A DNA stretch of 64,000 nucleotides from Psammoneis japonica (lineage: Eukaryota): NCBI GenBank assembly GCA_008632985.1, contig QPGO01000122.1:1-64000 (forward strand), in the 5' to 3' direction. Of this stretch, positions 60,370-64,000 are shown one piece after another. The position numbers were made by a program, and so were the translations under genes. The notes below the pieces were generated by a model. The model ran no database searches and had not been told where the DNA came from. It saw only the letters and a program-made list of their open reading frames with translations. The first letter of the stretch is position 1. Each line of letters begins with the position of its first letter.

Positions 60370-62150
60370 TTCTCAGCAAGACATTCTCAGAAATGATGTT
60401 CACCATGTGAGTGTCAGCAGATCCATTGGCAAAGTCTGCATCATGCAACCTGGAATCCAAGGTTGGACTGGAGTTCCCAGCACTGATTGGCGCTCCATCT
60501 GAATTGCACTCTTTCCTGCTTGTCACTTTTGCATGAGTGAGCTTTCCACCATGTGGCACAGCACAAACTCCGTGGTGATGCACTCATCCATTGCCTCTGG
60601 CATGTGCTTGTTGGCTTTGAGATGGAAAGAATCACTCTCAAATGGCTCAAGATCTTTGCCCCTGTCATCATCACCAAACAATGTCACCTGGCAGTTCCGG
60701 AAAATCTGCAGTGACTTTTGCCTTGTCAGCTGTCAGTCTCCACAGAGAAGCTCAGCATGCAAAGATGCAAAGGAGAAGATCATCAATTGCACACAGAAGA
60801 AGCACAAACAAAGTGCCCATTTGGCAAGATCCTTGGAAGACATAAAATGCAAGGATTTCAGCTCCAAGAAACCTGGCCTGGGTGCACCGAAGACAGCAAT
60901 GTCAACTGAGCCAATGAAGTCAGATTGTCAGAGCGCCAACTGAATGAGATGCAGAGGGAAGAAAAAGAGCTGGAATGTCAGTGCAAGGCTGAGCCAAATG
61001 AGACTGCAATGACAAAGTGAGGAAGTTCAAAGAGAACAAGACCACCACTTTCACCACTGTCCTGGACAACTGCTGTGCCAAGCCAACAAAGCAAACAGTG
61101 CAGGGTGACCCCAGTCACACAAGCACTGGCAATGATCCAATCAAGTTGCCAAAGCTGATTCAGTCCCCTGCATTTGACTCAATGAGAGGTTGTCCACATC
61201 CACCCCATGCACTTGCCAAGTCTCTGAAGAACATGCTGGAAGTGAAACAGCAAAAGAGAGGAAGTCACTGAACAATCACCTGCCAAGATTCAAGAGTTGG
61301 TGAGATGCCACAAGCAACGGTCTGGGAGACAGAGCGCCAGATGAATTTGTTGAGAACACTGACAATCACAAGGACAGCATTGCGCTGGTCCAGAGTGCAC
61401 TTAAAAAGGCAGCATTTGAAACATGTGCTGCACACCTGTCTGTTGAGAACAGCAATGATTGCTGCCACAAGAGCTCAAAGAAGATCTTGGCAAGAGACCA
61501 TGGCCTGGGCAAGGGCGCGCATTCAAAAATCCCAGATGAGGCAACAGACATGCCACCAAATCATCCGGAAAACAACAGCCCTTGTGAACAACACAGCAAG
61601 TGTTCAAACAACAAGAACAGGAGTGACAAAAGGAAAAATGAGAGGCCCAGCAGTTGGAAGGACCAGAGTCATGCCCCAACAGGCAACCAAGATGATGCCA
61701 CAAAGTGCCGTTGTTGTGGCAAGCAAAGCCACAATGTCCCACATTGCAGACACAAAAGTGAGATTCCAGCCTGCACAACAGCTGGTTCAGGAGTGCTGGA
61801 GAGAAGACATGTTTGGTGCCAGGGGACAGAGTCACAAACACAGACAAGAGACGAGAAGACTTCTTCTCATCAGCAGCAGACAGCGACAATGTGAGTGCTG
61901 ACACTGCCAGATCATGCAGTCAACTCACTCCAGCCGCAGCATGAACAAACTTGCATGGCGCAGGTTGCAGCTGGAAAAAGAAAGGCAAAAGACAAGCCTG
62001 GGCCAAGCAAAGTGAGCAAAATGTGCCACAGTCACTGAGAATTGGTGAGAAACTGCAGAAAAGCATTGATGCAGCAATCAACAGGATTTCTGCTCTCTGG
62101 CAGAGAGAACTGTGACAAGCAAACAAAAGCGACAGTGGTGGCCGTCGCCA
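60370..62150. mobile_element. Decayed copia pieces: pol linker fragment (minus, ~60370-60600) and gag with Zn knuckle (plus, ~60600-61900)
   Basis: PHGGKLTHAKV...PTLDSRLHDADF is homologous to 17530-17700. NDPIKL and CRCCGKQSHNVPHC (CCHC-like) occur on the plus strand. Confidence 0.7.
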
Positions 62151-63365
62151 CAACGGTTGGAGTTCTGTTCAGTTTCTCGTAATGGGAAGCCACAGTGATG
62201 AGGGCGGGGCGGGGGACGACGGAGAACACAACATGGATACATCCCACCCTGAGCAAGAGGGTTCTCGTGTCAGTTGCTTCGGGTGTGTAGTGCTTGGTTG
62301 ATTGCATGAAATGGTTCGAATTGTCTGTGCAGACCGACACAGCGCTTGCACGCTCGTAATATAGATATTAGGATTTTAGAGTTATATTTCAGTCTCTTTG
62401 GGATTTTCCATTTCCAGGTTATTTCATATATGGGCATTAGGATAATTAATGTTCACCAAATGCGAAAAATCTATCTTATGTGACGTAGACAACATATGAG
62501 CACGCCCAACTCCTTTTTCAGGATTTACCCCTCGGCGTAATTCACACGGCCAAATGTTTGCGTAGAAGCCCTTGCTCAGGGGTGGATATATCCATCGGAG
62601 AACATAACACACATCATTTCGGTGAGTGCATGGCAGGCGCGCATTGTGACGTTTTACTTCTAGTTATGTAGCCTGTGCACTTAAAAAAATAACTGCCGCG
62701 GTTCCCGACTCCCGCGGCATTGTTCGTTCCCGCATGATTCTATGGTACAGTACAACCCTACGGCGATCTTTTCGTAGGACGGATATACTGCTAAAATAAT
62801 GTGCGACCAGGATTCCCTACAGAGATGCTAGTATGTTTGTACGTAGGATCTTTCCGCGATCGTTGGTCATGCCTGATGGGTTTGATGCGCAGGCTCCTTC
62901 AACAGAGACAACACGAGACACGAGCAGAATACTGTAGTCTATTTTTTTGTTGTTGCACACAACGAAACGCTTTCGACTTGTGTCTCATAAATCAACAACT
63001 CAACATATTCTCTACAAGAGAGACAAGAAAAAACAAAGCGATTGTAAAGTAACGGTGAGGTGGTTGTAGCTTATGATCAGCCAATGGTTTTGTTTGATGT
63101 GAATGTGTTCTTTCGTTCTTGCATATGACGAATTCGTTGTCACTGAGAACGCAATGCTGCCAGGCTCATTACGACTACATAAGAGGCCTTGCGTACTTTT
63201 CTACTTTCTATTCGTCGTCTGTTATTTTGTATGCACTGTATCTGTGGCGCAGCTATTGTTTACATCGTTCCAAAACGAACCACAAACTGTTTTCTGTACA
63301 TTTCTCTCTGACACTTTGTAATTCTCATATTATCGGCAGAATACTCATTATACTCGACAGAGACC

Positions 63366-64000
63366 ATGGCCGACGAAGAAGAACTTGCCAAGCTTGGGGA
63401 GGGTGGGCATAGCGTAAGTTCGCTACGAGCTCCATTCGCTGATGCTCCTGACGATGATGCAGTTGCCGAGATGGAAGAGGGCGGAGACAGTTTTGGACCG
63501 CTACGAGCTCCCACCACGAACAGGCCCGGAGGGCTCCGAAGCGGCCCAAGCTTTGATTCGCTCCGTGCTCGTAGTAGTCCACAAGCATCCGGCAAGGCTT
63601 ATTCCACTCTTATTCGCGAATGGGGTGAAAACCAACAGCAGAGCCAGGGGCTCAACCAGAAACCGGGCCAAGCAGATGATGGCCTTCCCGTCTTGGGAGC
63701 ACCGTATCGAGTTGGCACGGCTGGAGTCGGAAAAAAGAAGATTTCCTTTGGAGGCACCAAAACCTCTCTTATTGCTGTTCCCGAAGACAAGCAGGTGCAG
63801 ACACCTCTACCGAGGCAGAGCCGTTTTAGCAAGATTAAGCCTACGGCCAGTACCATTCAGGGCAAGAGGACGGTTCGACTGAGTGTCTTACCGGTTTCGG
63901 GTCCAGGGTCGGTCCGGGACTTGCGTGGCAGCACGCTTCCCGGAGGGACTGTCCAGGGAGGTGCAGACAAGACTCTTAGCTTTGCACCCAAGCGGCTCTT
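63366..64000 (+). CDS. 5' part of a hypothetical host gene (runs off the window)
   Basis: ACCATGG start with an open frame MADEEELAKLGEGG... to the window end; normal TpA and CpG content. Confidence 0.7.
   Translation, partial: MADEEELAKLGEGGHSVSSLRAPFADAPDDDAVAEMEEGGDSFGPLRAPTTNRPGGLRSGPSFDSLRARSSPQASGKAYSTLIREWGENQQQSQGLNQKPGQADDGLPVLGAPYRVGTAGVGKKKISFGGTKTSLIAVPEDKQVQTPLPRQSRFSKIKPTASTIQGKRTVRLSVLPVSGPGSVRDLRGSTLPGGTVQGGADKTLSFAPKRL

Noticed and set aside
1..62150. Very dense overlapping six-frame ORFs suggesting many small genes
   Set aside because: By-product of losing TAA/TAG stop codons through TA depletion; the peptides are Cys/His-rich, Tyr-poor and without domains.
1..62150. Classical fungal RIP or simple CpG decay as the explanation
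   Set aside because: RIP creates TpA and CpG decay does not remove it. TSDs and conserved Tyr codons indicate TA was ancestral, and CpG-rich elements are still TA-depleted.
62110..62360. Possible copia LTR
   Set aside because: No second copy, PBS or TSD is identifiable in the window.

Overview
This is eukaryotic DNA, most likely from a pennate diatom. That is inferred from CoDi-like copia elements, an RNase H-bearing LINE, a plant-type MSH1 and bipartite plastid-type presequences. Islands of intact host genes (FAD oxidoreductase, pICln/Voldacs, MSH1, DDHD phospholipase, bestrophin, hypothetical proteins) sit among blocks of decayed transposons. These include a LINE, an ITm DDE element, several copia pieces, an ISL2EU-like element carrying an XPG/EXO1-type nuclease, a full-length Ngaro-type tyrosine-recombinase retroelement with A1-ORFs-B1-A2-B2 repeats, and several MITEs. 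The dominant unexplained signal is a repeat-restricted, double-stranded hypermutation converting TpA to TpG or CpA (A>G/T>C), opposite in direction to fungal RIP. It shows directly in paired repeat copies, in mutated TA target-site duplications and in near-total Tyr>Cys/His replacement in TE proteins. It spares host genes, fades at TE-block edges and preferentially spares TCTA/TAGA and TTA/TAA contexts. This looks like an inverse-RIP genome-defence or heterochromatin-linked mutagenesis system. The mechanism is inferred, and novelty could not be checked against the literature. All counts are manual and approximate.
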